From: an uncultured Caldilineales bacterium
GTDB taxonomy: Bacteria > Chloroflexota > Anaerolineae > J102
Assembly: GCA_964535455.1 (NCBI GenBank)
Contig: CAZHTZ010000002.1
Location: forward strand, 1-55,119
Length of the DNA: 55,119 nucleotides
Direction: 5' to 3'
The first letter of the stretch is position 1. The number at the start of each line of letters is the position of its first letter. Shown in pieces: positions 9,545-18,514 of the stretch. A program made the position numbers and the translations under genes. The notes below the pieces were generated by a model. The model was not told where the DNA came from. It saw nothing but the letters and a program-made list of their open reading frames with translations, and did not search any database.

Positions 9545-9757
9545 CTCTGTCCTGGAACCTGAGAGATTGGGCCGGAAGGCAACTCCGGCCGACTACCCCT
9601 TCGGTGCGGGCGCGCATCCTTGCCGCGCCCAACTCTCCAGAGTGCTGTCGGCATGCGATCCTTTTGCCTGAGAGTTTGGCGGGCCGGCGCCGAACCGGAC
9701 CGCTTGCCCCTTCGGCGTTCGATGCCAGGGCTTGCCCTCGCACCGACTCTCTCTCAC
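9545..9757 (-). promoter_or_regulatory. Tandem glycine riboswitch (two aptamers) upstream of gcvT
   Basis: Aptamer 1, read on the minus strand: GAGAGAGAGUCGGUG...ACGCCGAAGGGGCAAGCGG...AAACUCUCAGGCAAAAGGAUCG. Aptamer 2: CUCUGGAGAGUUGGGCG...GCACCGAAGGGGUAGUCGG...AAUCUCUCAGGUUCCAGGACAGAG. These contain the conserved GGAGAG / CCGAAGGGG / CUCUCAGG..AGGAC elements, in the classical position before gcvT. Confidence 0.85.
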
Positions 9758-9858
9758 ATGCCTCAATCAGCGGGTATGGTATTTGTGAACCCCTAGTTTA
9801 CATCGTTTCCACCAGATGCGCCAATTGGCCGCGACGCCCTGCCCACGCATACAATGGT

Positions 9859-9916
9859 TGCACGTTTGCACGTTTGCACGTTCGCACGTTCGCACGTTGG
9901 ACCGTTGTACGTTGGC
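9859..9916 (+). repeat. 8-nt tandem repeat (GCACGTTT / GCACGTTC) in the divergent riboswitch / glycosyltransferase intergenic region
   Basis: CGTT cores at 9863, 9871, 9879, 9887, 9895, 9903 and 9910. Confidence 0.85.
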
Positions 9917-9948
9917 AACCCTGCCGACTCCAGCCAACCGGTCGACCT

Positions 9949-10008
9949 CGCAACCCCTCACCCTTCCCTCGCAACCCCTCACCCTTCCCTCGCAACCCCT
10001 CACCCTCC
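9949..10008 (+). repeat. 21-bp tandem repeat CGCAACCCCTCACCCTTCCCT (2 full copies plus a partial one)
   Basis: Units at 9949-9969 and 9970-9990, with a partial unit from 9991. The repeat ends about 28 nt before the glycosyltransferase ATG. Confidence 0.9.
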
Positions 10009-10035
10009 ACCCGCATCTCTCCTCTCGCCCCTCCC

Positions 10036-11154
10036 ATGCTCATCGGCATCGACGCTTCCCGGGCTCTGCGCGCCCAACGCACCGGCACCGAGCGCTACAG
10101 TCTGGAGCTGATCAACGCCCTGCACGACCTGGCAGGCCAGCACCGCTTCCAGCTCTACGTGCCGCGCATCCCCTCGACCGCCGACCTGTTCCGGCCGGAT
10201 GCCGAGTTTGTCGTCATTCCGGGCGAGCGCCTGTGGACCCACACCCGGCTCGGCCCGTACACCCGACGGCGCCCACCGGACGTCCTTTTCGTCCCGGCGC
10301 ACGTGCTGCCGATCATGGGTCCCCCGCGCACAGTGGTCACCGTTCACGATGCCGGCTACGAACGCTTCCCGGAGGCGCATCCCTACCGCCAGTGGTATTA
10401 CCTGCAGTGGAGCACGCGACGCCATACCCGCAAGGCGACTCGTCTCATCGCCGACTCCCAGGCCACCAAGGACGACCTGGTGTACTTCTACGGCGCCGAC
10501 CCCGAACGTATCCGCGTCGTCCATCTGGCCCCGGACCCCGATCTGGCGCCCGAGCGCGACCCTGCCCGCCTCAACCGCGTCCGTTCCTCCTATGGGCTGC
10601 CGCCCGATGCCGAGTACATTCTCCACATCGGCACCCTACAGCCGCGCAAGAACCTGGCACGCCTGATTGAGGCATTCAGCCTGGTACGCCGTCGCCTGCC
10701 CGACCGTAAGCTGTACCTGGTGCTTGCGGGCAGTCCGGGTTACGGTAGTCAATCACTATACGAAAAGGCAAGAATATCCGGCCACCAGGAGTACATCCGC
10801 TTCACCGGCTTTGCCAGGGTGCACGACATCCCTGGTTTGTACAGCGGCGCCGCCTGCTACGCCTTTCCCTCCCTCAGCGAGGGCTTTGGCTTTCCGGCGC
10901 TCGAGGCCCAGACCTGCGAAACCCCACTGGTGTGCGCCCGCAGCTCCTCCCTGCCCGAAGTGGCGGGCGATGGCGCCCTCTATTTCGACCCGCTCGATGT
11001 AGAAGACATGGCAGAAGCGCTTTTACGGGTGCTGACTGACGCTGATCTGACGACCGATCTTGTCGACCGGGGCCGCGCCAACCTGGCGCGTTTCTCGTGG
11101 GCCAAAACGGCGCGGGAAACCCTGGCTGTCCTGGAGATGGCGGCCGCGGACTGA
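10036..11154 (+). CDS. Glycosyltransferase family 1 (GT4-like)
   Basis: ATG at 10036 (MLIGIDASRALRAQRTGTERYS...). The C-terminal part ...FPSLSEGFGFPALEAQTCETPLVCARSSSLPEV is the GT1 EX7E region. The longer ORF from 9541 would cross the riboswitch and the repeats. Confidence 0.85.
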   Translation: MLIGIDASRALRAQRTGTERYSLELINALHDLAGQHRFQLYVPRIPSTADLFRPDAEFVVIPGERLWTHTRLGPYTRRRPPDVLFVPAHVLPIMGPPRTVVTVHDAGYERFPEAHPYRQWYYLQWSTRRHTRKATRLIADSQATKDDLVYFYGADPERIRVVHLAPDPDLAPERDPARLNRVRSSYGLPPDAEYILHIGTLQPRKNLARLIEAFSLVRRRLPDRKLYLVLAGSPGYGSQSLYEKARISGHQEYIRFTGFARVHDIPGLYSGAACYAFPSLSEGFGFPALEAQTCETPLVCARSSSLPEVAGDGALYFDPLDVEDMAEALLRVLTDADLTTDLVDRGRANLARFSWAKTARETLAVLEMAAAD

Positions 11155-11158
11155 GGGG

Positions 11159-11181
11159 AGAAAAAGCCGGGAAACCGGCTT
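11159..11181 (-). terminator. Small hairpin between convergent genes (possible terminator of the lipoprotein gene)
   Basis: Stem AAGCCGG, loop GAAA, stem CCGGCTT. On the minus strand it is followed by TTTCTCC, a short T-run. Confidence 0.4.
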
Positions 11182-11195
11182 CCCACTCTCCTGGT

Positions 11196-11705
11196 CTACC
11201 CCGGCTCCAGGTTATAAGTCAGGGCTGTGATCTGCCAACGCCCATCCTGGCGGCGTAACACCCACCGGTCACCCCCAGGTGAGACCTCATTGCCAATGCG
11301 CGTCGTCGATCGCGCCGTCGCCTGGTCGCCTGTGACTTGAATCTGGACATCGCCCGGTTCAGCGTACTGCGGGTTGCCTGGAAACACCACCACCATGTAG
11401 CGGTCCAGGACGGCGTCGATGCCGCGCCACACGGCATCGTCGTTGGCATCGGCAGGCGTATGGTGCGCATCCGTCACCGTACTGTCCTCCGCCCAAAGCT
11501 GCGCCAGACGTTCGATGTCCTTGGCCACCACCGCCTCGCTCTCGGACCGCAGCAGTCGCAGGATCGCCTCGCGCTCGTCCGTAGGAGCGGTGGGTTCCGG
11601 ACGGCCTGGGGTCGATGCCGTCGCCGCCTGCGGTTCCCGCGCCTGTCCGGTGCACGCGCCTAGCAGGAACAGGAGAAGCACCGCTGTTTCAATGACAAGT
11701 CTCAT
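11196..11705 (-). CDS. Putative lipoprotein with an NTF2-like (SnoaL/DUF4440-like) domain
   Basis: ATG at 11705 gives MRLVIETAVLLLFLLGAC, a signal peptide plus lipobox. The remainder (EAILRLLRSESEAVVAKDIERLAQLWAEDSTV...WVLRRQDGRWQITAL) has an NTF2-fold pattern. The function is not established. Confidence 0.55.
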   Translation of the reverse strand: MRLVIETAVLLLFLLGACTGQAREPQAATASTPGRPEPTAPTDEREAILRLLRSESEAVVAKDIERLAQLWAEDSTVTDAHHTPADANDDAVWRGIDAVLDRYMVVVFPGNPQYAEPGDVQIQVTGDQATARSTTRIGNEVSPGGDRWVLRRQDGRWQITALTYNLEPG

Positions 11706-12034
11706 CCATCGCCTCCGCGCTGAGGATACTGGCGCCTTGAGAGTCGTGTCAAATAGCCCGACCTCCGGGAGGCGCTGAGCAAACTTCCCGCCCAAGCAAT
11801 GCCTGCGCAGTGGCTCCCGGAGGTCGCCCGCATGCGGCCCACGCAGCCTTCGTGTAAGTGACCGATGTCTCGTCGTTGGTGTTGCCAAGCACAGTCATGG
11901 CTTCCACCTCACCGATCTCCAAGCATCGCAGAGCCTCACAGTCCGGTGGTTATCGCCGCCAGGGTACCACGACCCCTCTGCGGGTTTAACTGTGCGATCA
12001 GTTTAGTGAGAATCAGGATGCGCATTTGCCAACC

Positions 12035-12910
12035 CTACAGGGATAACAACGCCAGTAGGGCAGCGTGTGCATAGCCAAGGGCGGGTCGCAAACGACCTTG
12101 GCGCAACTTCCAGCGGGCAATGTTCAGCCCCCACCCGACGAGATTGCGCCGGGCCAGGCTCCGCACTCGGGCACTGACGGGGGCACGAGGGTAGCGGGCG
12201 AACGCCAGCGCAAGCGCCAATCGTAGTTCCAGGATCTCCTGCCCCTGACCGGTGAAGCGGGAAGTCTCTTGTCTGGCGTGGATGCGCTTACCGACCAGCG
12301 GTTCGTCCAGGTAGCCCACATCGTAGCGTCCAGCGATGCGCATCCACATTTCCATATCAAGGGTGTAGTGTAAGCCCGTGTCGAAGCCACCCAACTCCTT
12401 GTAGCAGGCAGCTCGCACCATCACCGTGGGGCAGGAAACGAAGTTCCTGTGCAAAGCCATGTTCTCGAAAAAGGCTTGGCCGGTCTGCACCTGATCCTGG
12501 CACGGCTGCAATGCCCAGTGGCCCCCGATGACCCGGTGATTTGCATCGATCCGTTTGATGTTGGAGTGGACCATCCCCACGGTGGGATGAGCAGCCAGCA
12601 GATCAACCTTGGCCTGCAGATTACCCGGGTACATGATGTCGTCCTGGTGGAAGATGGCCACGTAGTCACCCTGCGCCAGATCAAAGCACTTGTTCCAGTT
12701 ACCGGCGAGGCCGAGATTTGTTTCGTTGCGCACATAGGACATCCGCTCGTCAGTGAAGGCGCCTATTGTCTCTGTGACTGGCTCTTGCGAACAGTCGTCT
12801 ACCACTAGAAGCTCGAAGTCGGTATAGCTTTGTGTAAGAACACTTGCAATGGCAGGTCTCAGGAAGTCGCCAGGGTCGTAAATAGGGATGCAAACGCTGA
12901 CTTTGGGCAC
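12035..12910 (-). CDS. Glycosyltransferase family 2
   Basis: GTG start at 12910. MPKVSVCIPIYDPGDFLRPAIASVLTQSYTDFELLVVDDCS...IFHQDDI carries the GT2 DxD-type signatures. Confidence 0.85.
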   Translation of the reverse strand: MPKVSVCIPIYDPGDFLRPAIASVLTQSYTDFELLVVDDCSQEPVTETIGAFTDERMSYVRNETNLGLAGNWNKCFDLAQGDYVAIFHQDDIMYPGNLQAKVDLLAAHPTVGMVHSNIKRIDANHRVIGGHWALQPCQDQVQTGQAFFENMALHRNFVSCPTVMVRAACYKELGGFDTGLHYTLDMEMWMRIAGRYDVGYLDEPLVGKRIHARQETSRFTGQGQEILELRLALALAFARYPRAPVSARVRSLARRNLVGWGLNIARWKLRQGRLRPALGYAHAALLALLSL

Positions 12911-13111
12911 GTGGCCTACCTTCAGAGTACGTTGACTTCACCACCGGACAGCTTGCGGTATACGCCTGTCAGGGTTAGTCCTTGCGCCGCACGCCTGGGT
13001 TGAATGGTTTCATTGTATGACATGAGCAACTCTCCACGCTTGAATAGTACACTAAATTCAGCGGGGAGGTTGTCGCAGCCATCATTGAGACACAGGGTTA
13101 CACCTGTTTTT

Positions 13112-13166
13112 GTAGTGGCGACTTCAGTCGCTTGAGCGGCAAAGCAACGACTAAAGTCGTTACTAC
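13112..13166. repeat. Compound inverted repeat whose two arms are each themselves a small palindrome
   Basis: Arm 1 is GTAGTGGCGACTTCAGTCGCT (13112-13132). Arm 2 is AACGACTAAAGTCGTTACTAC (13146-13166). The reverse complement of arm 2 matches arm 1 at 17 of 21 positions. Confidence 0.4.
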
Positions 13167-13327
13167 GGGTGGCCGAACGCCGGTGCATCGCAGCGCTATT
13201 GGCCCGCCAGGTCGTCAGACCCGGCTGGAACAGAGTCCCCGTGGTGACTGCGCAAAAACGTGAACCGCACCCGCGCAGCCGCGCCCCTTGCCCGTCAGAT
13301 GCACCTGTGATAGCCTCTTGAGTTGCC

Positions 13328-14545
13328 ATGGCACATTCACGCCCCTTTGCTCTGGTCTCGGTAGTGTTCGCCGTTGTACTCTTGCTGCTCAGCGCCTGGC
13401 AAGCAATAGACCGCCCGGCCAGCGCCCTGGCGCCAGATCTCGCGCACCCTCACATCGCTCTGCAGCCGGTGGTGTCAGGTCTGGCGAACCCGGTCCAGAT
13501 CACGAATGCCGGGGATGGCAGCGGCCGCCTTTTCGTGGTCGAACAGCGGGGAAGTATCCGCATCATCGAAGATGGAGAGCTGATGGAGACGCCCTTTCTG
13601 GACATCCATGACCGCGTCGGCTGCTGCGACGAGCGAGGGCTGCTCAGTGTGGCCTTTCCGGCGAGCTTCGCCACATCAGGCTCATTTTACGTCAACTACA
13701 CAGACCTGGCGGGTGACACGGTCATCGCACGTTTCCAGGCGCCTGCGGGCACGCCTGATAGTGCCGACCCGGAAAGCGGCAAAGTGCTGTTGACCATTTC
13801 TCAACCGTATTCCAATCACAACGGCGGCCAGATCGCGTTCAGCCCGCGTGATGGCTATCTGTACGTCGGCATGGGTGACGGCGGCGACGCCGGCGACCCC
13901 CAGAACAATGGCCAGAGTCCCGATTCTCTGCTTGGCAAGATGCTGCGCATCGACGTCGAAGGCGGCGCTGCGTCCTACGCTGTGCCACCCAGCAACCATT
14001 TCACCCAGACCGCCGCCTACCGCGGAGAGATTTGGGCCATGGGGCTGCGCAATCCCTGGCGTTTCAGTTTTGATCGGGAAACCGGAGACTTGTACATCGG
14101 CGACGTCGGCCAGTACACCTGGGAGGAAGTGGACTTCCAGCCTGCGGCCAGCGCTGGCGGCGAGAACTACGGGTGGCGCCGGATGGAAGGAACGCACTGC
14201 TTCAAGCCGGCGGACTGTGATCCAAGCGGCCTCACGCTGCCCGTCACCGAATATGGACATGGGCTGGGCTGCGCTGTCACGGGCGGCTATGTCTATCGGG
14301 GCCAAGAGGCAGTCGACCTGCGAGGGTGGTATCTCTACGGCGACTACTGCAGCGGTCGCATCTGGGGCCTGAAGCAGAACGAATCGGGCTGGCAGAGCGA
14401 GGAACTGCTGCGGCCGCCGATCCTTATCAGCAGCTTTGGCGAGGACGAAGCCGGAGAACTGTACGTGGCCGACCATCGCGGTGGCGTCGTTTATCAGGTC
14501 ACGCTACGCTACGAACAGTGGCTGCCTGCCATCCTGTGGACGTGA
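13328..14545 (+). CDS. PQQ-dependent sugar dehydrogenase (soluble glucose/sorbosone dehydrogenase family), secreted
   Basis: N-terminal signal/TM segment. GRLFVVEQRGSIRIIEDG, ERGLLSVAF, SNHNGGQIAFSPRDGYLYVGMGDGG and WAMGLRNPWRFSFD are typical of the GSDH beta-propeller. Confidence 0.85.
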   Translation: MAHSRPFALVSVVFAVVLLLLSAWQAIDRPASALAPDLAHPHIALQPVVSGLANPVQITNAGDGSGRLFVVEQRGSIRIIEDGELMETPFLDIHDRVGCCDERGLLSVAFPASFATSGSFYVNYTDLAGDTVIARFQAPAGTPDSADPESGKVLLTISQPYSNHNGGQIAFSPRDGYLYVGMGDGGDAGDPQNNGQSPDSLLGKMLRIDVEGGAASYAVPPSNHFTQTAAYRGEIWAMGLRNPWRFSFDRETGDLYIGDVGQYTWEEVDFQPAASAGGENYGWRRMEGTHCFKPADCDPSGLTLPVTEYGHGLGCAVTGGYVYRGQEAVDLRGWYLYGDYCSGRIWGLKQNESGWQSEELLRPPILISSFGEDEAGELYVADHRGGVVYQVTLRYEQWLPAILWT

Positions 14546-14549
14546 TGCC

Positions 14550-15368
14550 ATGACTCCGGGCACCTTTGCCGAGGCTATTGCGGCAACACCTATCGATCTG
14601 GCCCTGGCGGCGCTGCTCTACGCACGCGAGATCGCCTACCCTGACTTGCAGACATCAGCGTACCAGGAACGGATCGAGCAACTGGCAGTGCAGGCCGCGC
14701 AACGCGTAGGCACAGGTGGACCTGCTGAACAGGCTGAGGCGCTGGGGCTTTTCCTTTTCGGTGAAGTAGGTTTTGAGGGAAACGTCGATGCCTACTACGA
14801 CCCTGCCAACAGCTATCTTAATAGGGTCCTGGATCGCCGCCTTGGCATTCCCATCACGCTCTCCGTGATCTACATGGCTGTTGCAGAGCAACTGGGCCTG
14901 GTGGTGCATGGCGTCGGTCTGCCCGGTCATTTCCTCGTGGGTGTAGAGACTGGCGTCACCACCGCCTACTTCGACCCCTTCCATGGCGGCATGCGCCGCA
15001 GCAGCGCCGAATGCGCCCGGTTGGTGACCCAGGCCACCCACTATCAGGGACCATTCGAGGAGCGTTGGTTGCAGCCAATCTCCACAAAGGCCATTCTGAC
15101 CAGAATGTTGAACAACCTGGTCAATGCCCATACTCAGCGGCAGGAGTGGCTGCAGGCGATAGGGGCGGTCGAGCATTTGCAGGTTGTCGAGCCTGACGAG
15201 CCCACACACGTGCGCGATCTGGGACTGCTGCTCTCCCAGGAACACCAGTACCGGCGGGCCTGTGAAGTGCTCGAAACCTACCTGCGCCTTAACCCCAGCG
15301 CCGCCGATGCTGCTTCCGTCCGCCAACGCATTGTCGACTTGAAGGGACGACTGGCCCGGCTGAACTGA
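14550..15368 (+). CDS. SirB1-like transglutaminase-like/TPR protein
   Basis: ATG at 14550 (MTPGTFAEAI...). ...YYDPANSYLNRVLDRRLGIPITLSVIYMAVAEQLGL...GLPGHFLV... followed by a TPR-like tail. Confidence 0.7.
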   Translation: MTPGTFAEAIAATPIDLALAALLYAREIAYPDLQTSAYQERIEQLAVQAAQRVGTGGPAEQAEALGLFLFGEVGFEGNVDAYYDPANSYLNRVLDRRLGIPITLSVIYMAVAEQLGLVVHGVGLPGHFLVGVETGVTTAYFDPFHGGMRRSSAECARLVTQATHYQGPFEERWLQPISTKAILTRMLNNLVNAHTQRQEWLQAIGAVEHLQVVEPDEPTHVRDLGLLLSQEHQYRRACEVLETYLRLNPSAADAASVRQRIVDLKGRLARLN

Positions 15369-15419
15369 AGCCTCCATGCCGACCCACCTGTATCTCAGTT
15401 CCCATTCCGAGGAGCAAGC

Positions 15420-16559
15420 ATGAAGCTTCGCACCCATCACACCATCTTCCTGGCGGCCGCGCTTGTCGTAAGTGCCTGCGCTGTTCCCCCCGCACCACCT
15501 CCCTCCGCCACCGCTGTACCGCAGCCGACGCCTGGCCCCACCGCCTCCGCCACATCTGCTCCAGGCGCTGCGGCGACGCCTGCGGCGGTTGCCAGTGGCG
15601 TGGCTCTTCCCCCCGCCTCCGTTCGCTCCTTTCGAAGCAAGGGCGCTTTCAAACTGGAGACGACGCCATCTTCGGGGCAGCCTGCTGAACAGCGTCTCGG
15701 CTTTGATGCCAACTGGAAACGTGCAAGCAATCCCGAGGGCTTTGACCTCGAAGTCCACATGACGGGTCTGCAAGCCATGGATTCAGTCTCGGGCGATCCC
15801 AGCAACATGTCAGTGCTCATGGTAGGAGACAAGGTCTACGCCGATTTCGGCGACAATAAGTGGCTTTCGAATACCCGCGACCAGGCGCCCCTGGACCAGC
15901 TTCCGTACTTCTTCGCCAATCCCGAGGCCATTGTGCCGCCTTTGGACGGGTTGAGACAGGCTGGAACGGAAACGGTGAACGGCGTCGAGGCCATCCATTA
16001 CACCTTCGACGACTCGAGTGTGTTCGATAGGTTCTTTGCCGCCGTGGACGCCGCCGCGAAAGGCAGCGTCAGCTCGACGCACGGCGACATCTGGGTCGCC
16101 GCCGACGGCGCCTACCTGCTGAAAATGGCCTTCACCGCCACCGTGGACGACAAGCCGGTCAAGGATGCCTCCGGAGCCACCGTGCCGGGCAAGGAGACTC
16201 TTGACTGGAGCTACGAGCGCTACGATCTGAACGCCGATTTCGAGATCGCGCCGCCCGGGGCTGCCAAGCCGCCTGTGACGGTTCATCTCCCCGGATTCGA
16301 CCCAGGTTCGCTGCAACTTCCCCCTCACTCAGAGGCCAGGGCGCTTTCGGGCACGATGGTCATGCTTGTGAGCCAGATACCCCCGGCCGAAGCGAAGGCC
16401 TTCTTCAGCCAACAATTCGCCGATCTGGGCTGGCAAGAGCAGGGTGGGAATCCACCTACCTGGACGAAAGACAACCTGCGGCTTACACTTGTGGTCAACG
16501 GTCCCGAAAACGGACCGGCGCGTTCAGCGCTCACCGTTGACGCTGTGGGAAAGAAGTGA
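15420..16559 (+). CDS. Hypothetical lipoprotein with a Pro/Ala-rich linker
   Basis: GGAG lies 7 nt before the ATG. MKLRTHHTIFLAAALVVSAC is a signal peptide plus lipobox. I recognise no family. Confidence 0.6.
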   Translation: MKLRTHHTIFLAAALVVSACAVPPAPPPSATAVPQPTPGPTASATSAPGAAATPAAVASGVALPPASVRSFRSKGAFKLETTPSSGQPAEQRLGFDANWKRASNPEGFDLEVHMTGLQAMDSVSGDPSNMSVLMVGDKVYADFGDNKWLSNTRDQAPLDQLPYFFANPEAIVPPLDGLRQAGTETVNGVEAIHYTFDDSSVFDRFFAAVDAAAKGSVSSTHGDIWVAADGAYLLKMAFTATVDDKPVKDASGATVPGKETLDWSYERYDLNADFEIAPPGAAKPPVTVHLPGFDPGSLQLPPHSEARALSGTMVMLVSQIPPAEAKAFFSQQFADLGWQEQGGNPPTWTKDNLRLTLVVNGPENGPARSALTVDAVGKK

Positions 16560-16566
16560 CGCCGCT

Positions 16567-17199
16567 ATGCTGACACACCGCATCCATCTACCAGAACAGC
16601 CGGAAGACGGCATGCCCCTACTGGTACTCTTGCACGGTCGCGGCGCCGACGAGACGGATCTCCTGGCGCTGGCGCCCCACCTGCCGCCTGTGCTCCTGGT
16701 GGCGCCGCGTGCACCCTTCCGGGCGGCGCCGTGGGGCTATGGGCCAGGCTATGCCTGGTATCGTTTCCTGGGCGACGTCCGTCCCGACCCTGATCACTAC
16801 CAGCGCTCGCTCGACGAGCTTGAAGACTTGCTCGCGGCGCTTCCTGGCGCCCTACCGGTGCAGCCGGGACCGCTCTTCCTGGGCGGTTTTAGCCAGGGGG
16901 GCACCGTGAGCCTCGGCTATGCGCTCAGCCATCCCGGTCGCGCGCACACCGTCCTCAATCTCTCTGGCTTCCTGGCCGATCACCCGGCGGTCAAGGTGAC
17001 CCCTGACACGGTAGGGAGCGCACGCTTCTATTGGCCGCACGGCCTGCTCGACAGATCGGTGCCGCACGCCTACGCCCAGCAGGGCCGAAGCCAACTTCTG
17101 GCCGCGGGCGCATTCCTGGCGGCGCCCGACTACAACATCGACCATTCCCTCATCCGTGAGGAATTGGAGGACATCGCCGAACTGATTCGCACCGTCTGA
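16567..17199 (+). CDS. Alpha/beta hydrolase (phospholipase/carboxylesterase family)
   Basis: ATG at 16567. PLLVLLHGRGADETDLLAL is present, and the nucleophile elbow is GGFSQGG. Confidence 0.75.
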   Translation: MLTHRIHLPEQPEDGMPLLVLLHGRGADETDLLALAPHLPPVLLVAPRAPFRAAPWGYGPGYAWYRFLGDVRPDPDHYQRSLDELEDLLAALPGALPVQPGPLFLGGFSQGGTVSLGYALSHPGRAHTVLNLSGFLADHPAVKVTPDTVGSARFYWPHGLLDRSVPHAYAQQGRSQLLAAGAFLAAPDYNIDHSLIREELEDIAELIRTV

Positions 17200-17247
17200 A
17201 TCTGCGCCAGCACTGCCGATCCGTCTCCCCGCTCAACCTGGAATCCT

Positions 17248-18372
17248 ATGCTAAAGGTCCGCCCTCTCGACACGTCCGGACGCCAGGACGTCAAGGCCTG
17301 GATCACCCTGCCCTATCGACTCTACGCCAACGATCCGCTTTGGGTGCCGCAAATGGTCGATGAGGCGAAGATGCAGACGAGCCGCAGCAAGAATCCGTTT
17401 TTCCTTCACTCCGACGCCGATTTTCTCGTCGCCGAGCAGGACGGCGAAGTGGTAGCCCGGCTGGCAATACTGGAGCACAAGCGCTTCAATGCCCTGCGCA
17501 GCACCCACCATGGCTTTTTCTACCTGTTCGAGAGCGTCGAGAACTTCGACGTCGCCGAAGCGTTGTTCAAAACAGCCTTTGAGTGGTGTCGCCAACGCGG
17601 TCTGGACACCATCGTAGGTCCCAAGGGGTTCTTGACCGCTGACGGCATGGGCATGCTGGTCGAAGGCTTTCACCGCCGCCCCGCCATCGGCATTGCCTAT
17701 AACCCGCCTTACTATCATGACTTCCTGCAGCGACTCGGATTCGAGCGCGAAACCGACTTCATGTCCGGGTACGTCAACATCCTGGGCTACGAAATGCCTG
17801 TGCGGATCCTGCGTCTCTCTGACAAGGCCAAGGAACGCTACGGCTATACAGTCACGACCTTTAACAGCAAGAGCGAACTCAAAGCCATGGTGCCGCAGGT
17901 CATTGAAACCTACAACGCCGCCTTCGTAGACAATTGGGAGTTCGTTCCGGTCACACCGGAGGAAGGCGAGGTCGTTGGCCGGCGGCTCCTCGACATCATC
18001 GACCCCAAGATGATCAAGCTGGTGTGCAAAGATGACAAGATCATCGGCTTCGTTCTCGTCTACCCCGATATCTCGGCTGCCATCCAACGCACGGGCGGCC
18101 GACTGTGGCCGTTTGGCTTCATCCATTTCCTGCGCGAGTTCAAGCGCACGGAATGGTGCAACGCCAACGGTGCGGGTGTGCTTGAACAGTACCGTGGCCG
18201 GGGCGTCGATGCACTGGTGGCGACTGAGCTCTACAAGACCTTCAAGGGCGGCTCGTTCAAATATGCCGAGATGGTCCAGGTCGATGAAGGCAACGGCAAG
18301 ATGCAGGCAGAGATGGCGGCTCTTGGCGTCAAGTGGGACAAGCGGCACCGCATTTTCCATCGTCGCTTGTAA
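17248..18372 (+). CDS. GNAT-like acyltransferase-family protein (function unknown)
   Basis: The pattern ...FLVAEQDGEVVARLAILEH...GFFYLFESVENFDVAEALFKTAFEWCRQRGLDTIVGPKGF...YNPPYYHDFLQRLGFE resembles a widespread family of about 370 aa annotated as GNAT. Not verified. Confidence 0.5.
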   Translation: MLKVRPLDTSGRQDVKAWITLPYRLYANDPLWVPQMVDEAKMQTSRSKNPFFLHSDADFLVAEQDGEVVARLAILEHKRFNALRSTHHGFFYLFESVENFDVAEALFKTAFEWCRQRGLDTIVGPKGFLTADGMGMLVEGFHRRPAIGIAYNPPYYHDFLQRLGFERETDFMSGYVNILGYEMPVRILRLSDKAKERYGYTVTTFNSKSELKAMVPQVIETYNAAFVDNWEFVPVTPEEGEVVGRRLLDIIDPKMIKLVCKDDKIIGFVLVYPDISAAIQRTGGRLWPFGFIHFLREFKRTEWCNANGAGVLEQYRGRGVDALVATELYKTFKGGSFKYAEMVQVDEGNGKMQAEMAALGVKWDKRHRIFHRRL

Positions 18373-18514
18373 ACGCCTTGCCTTCCGCCTTTACAGGCCA
18401 GGCCGACCGTGAACGCCAAGCAGCAAGATAGGCATCCAGGCTGGCCTGAGCAGCGCCGATTCTGAAAGCACAACTTGTCACAAAGACGAACCCTACCGAT
18501 AGAGAGGAATACAG

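Noticed and set aside
9541-10035. N-terminal 165-aa extension of the glycosyltransferase ORF (the 537-aa version)
   Set aside because: The extension runs antisense through the glycine riboswitch and through two tandem-repeat arrays. Its translation is repeat-derived (RNPSPFPRNPSPFP, FARLHVRTFAR). The family-typical N-terminus MLIGIDASR begins at 10036.
12922-13329. 135-aa minus-strand ORF in the GT2 / dehydrogenase divergent intergenic region
   Set aside because: Its composition is not protein-like. It spans the compound inverted repeat at 13112-13166, which keeps the frame open, and has no SD or motif.
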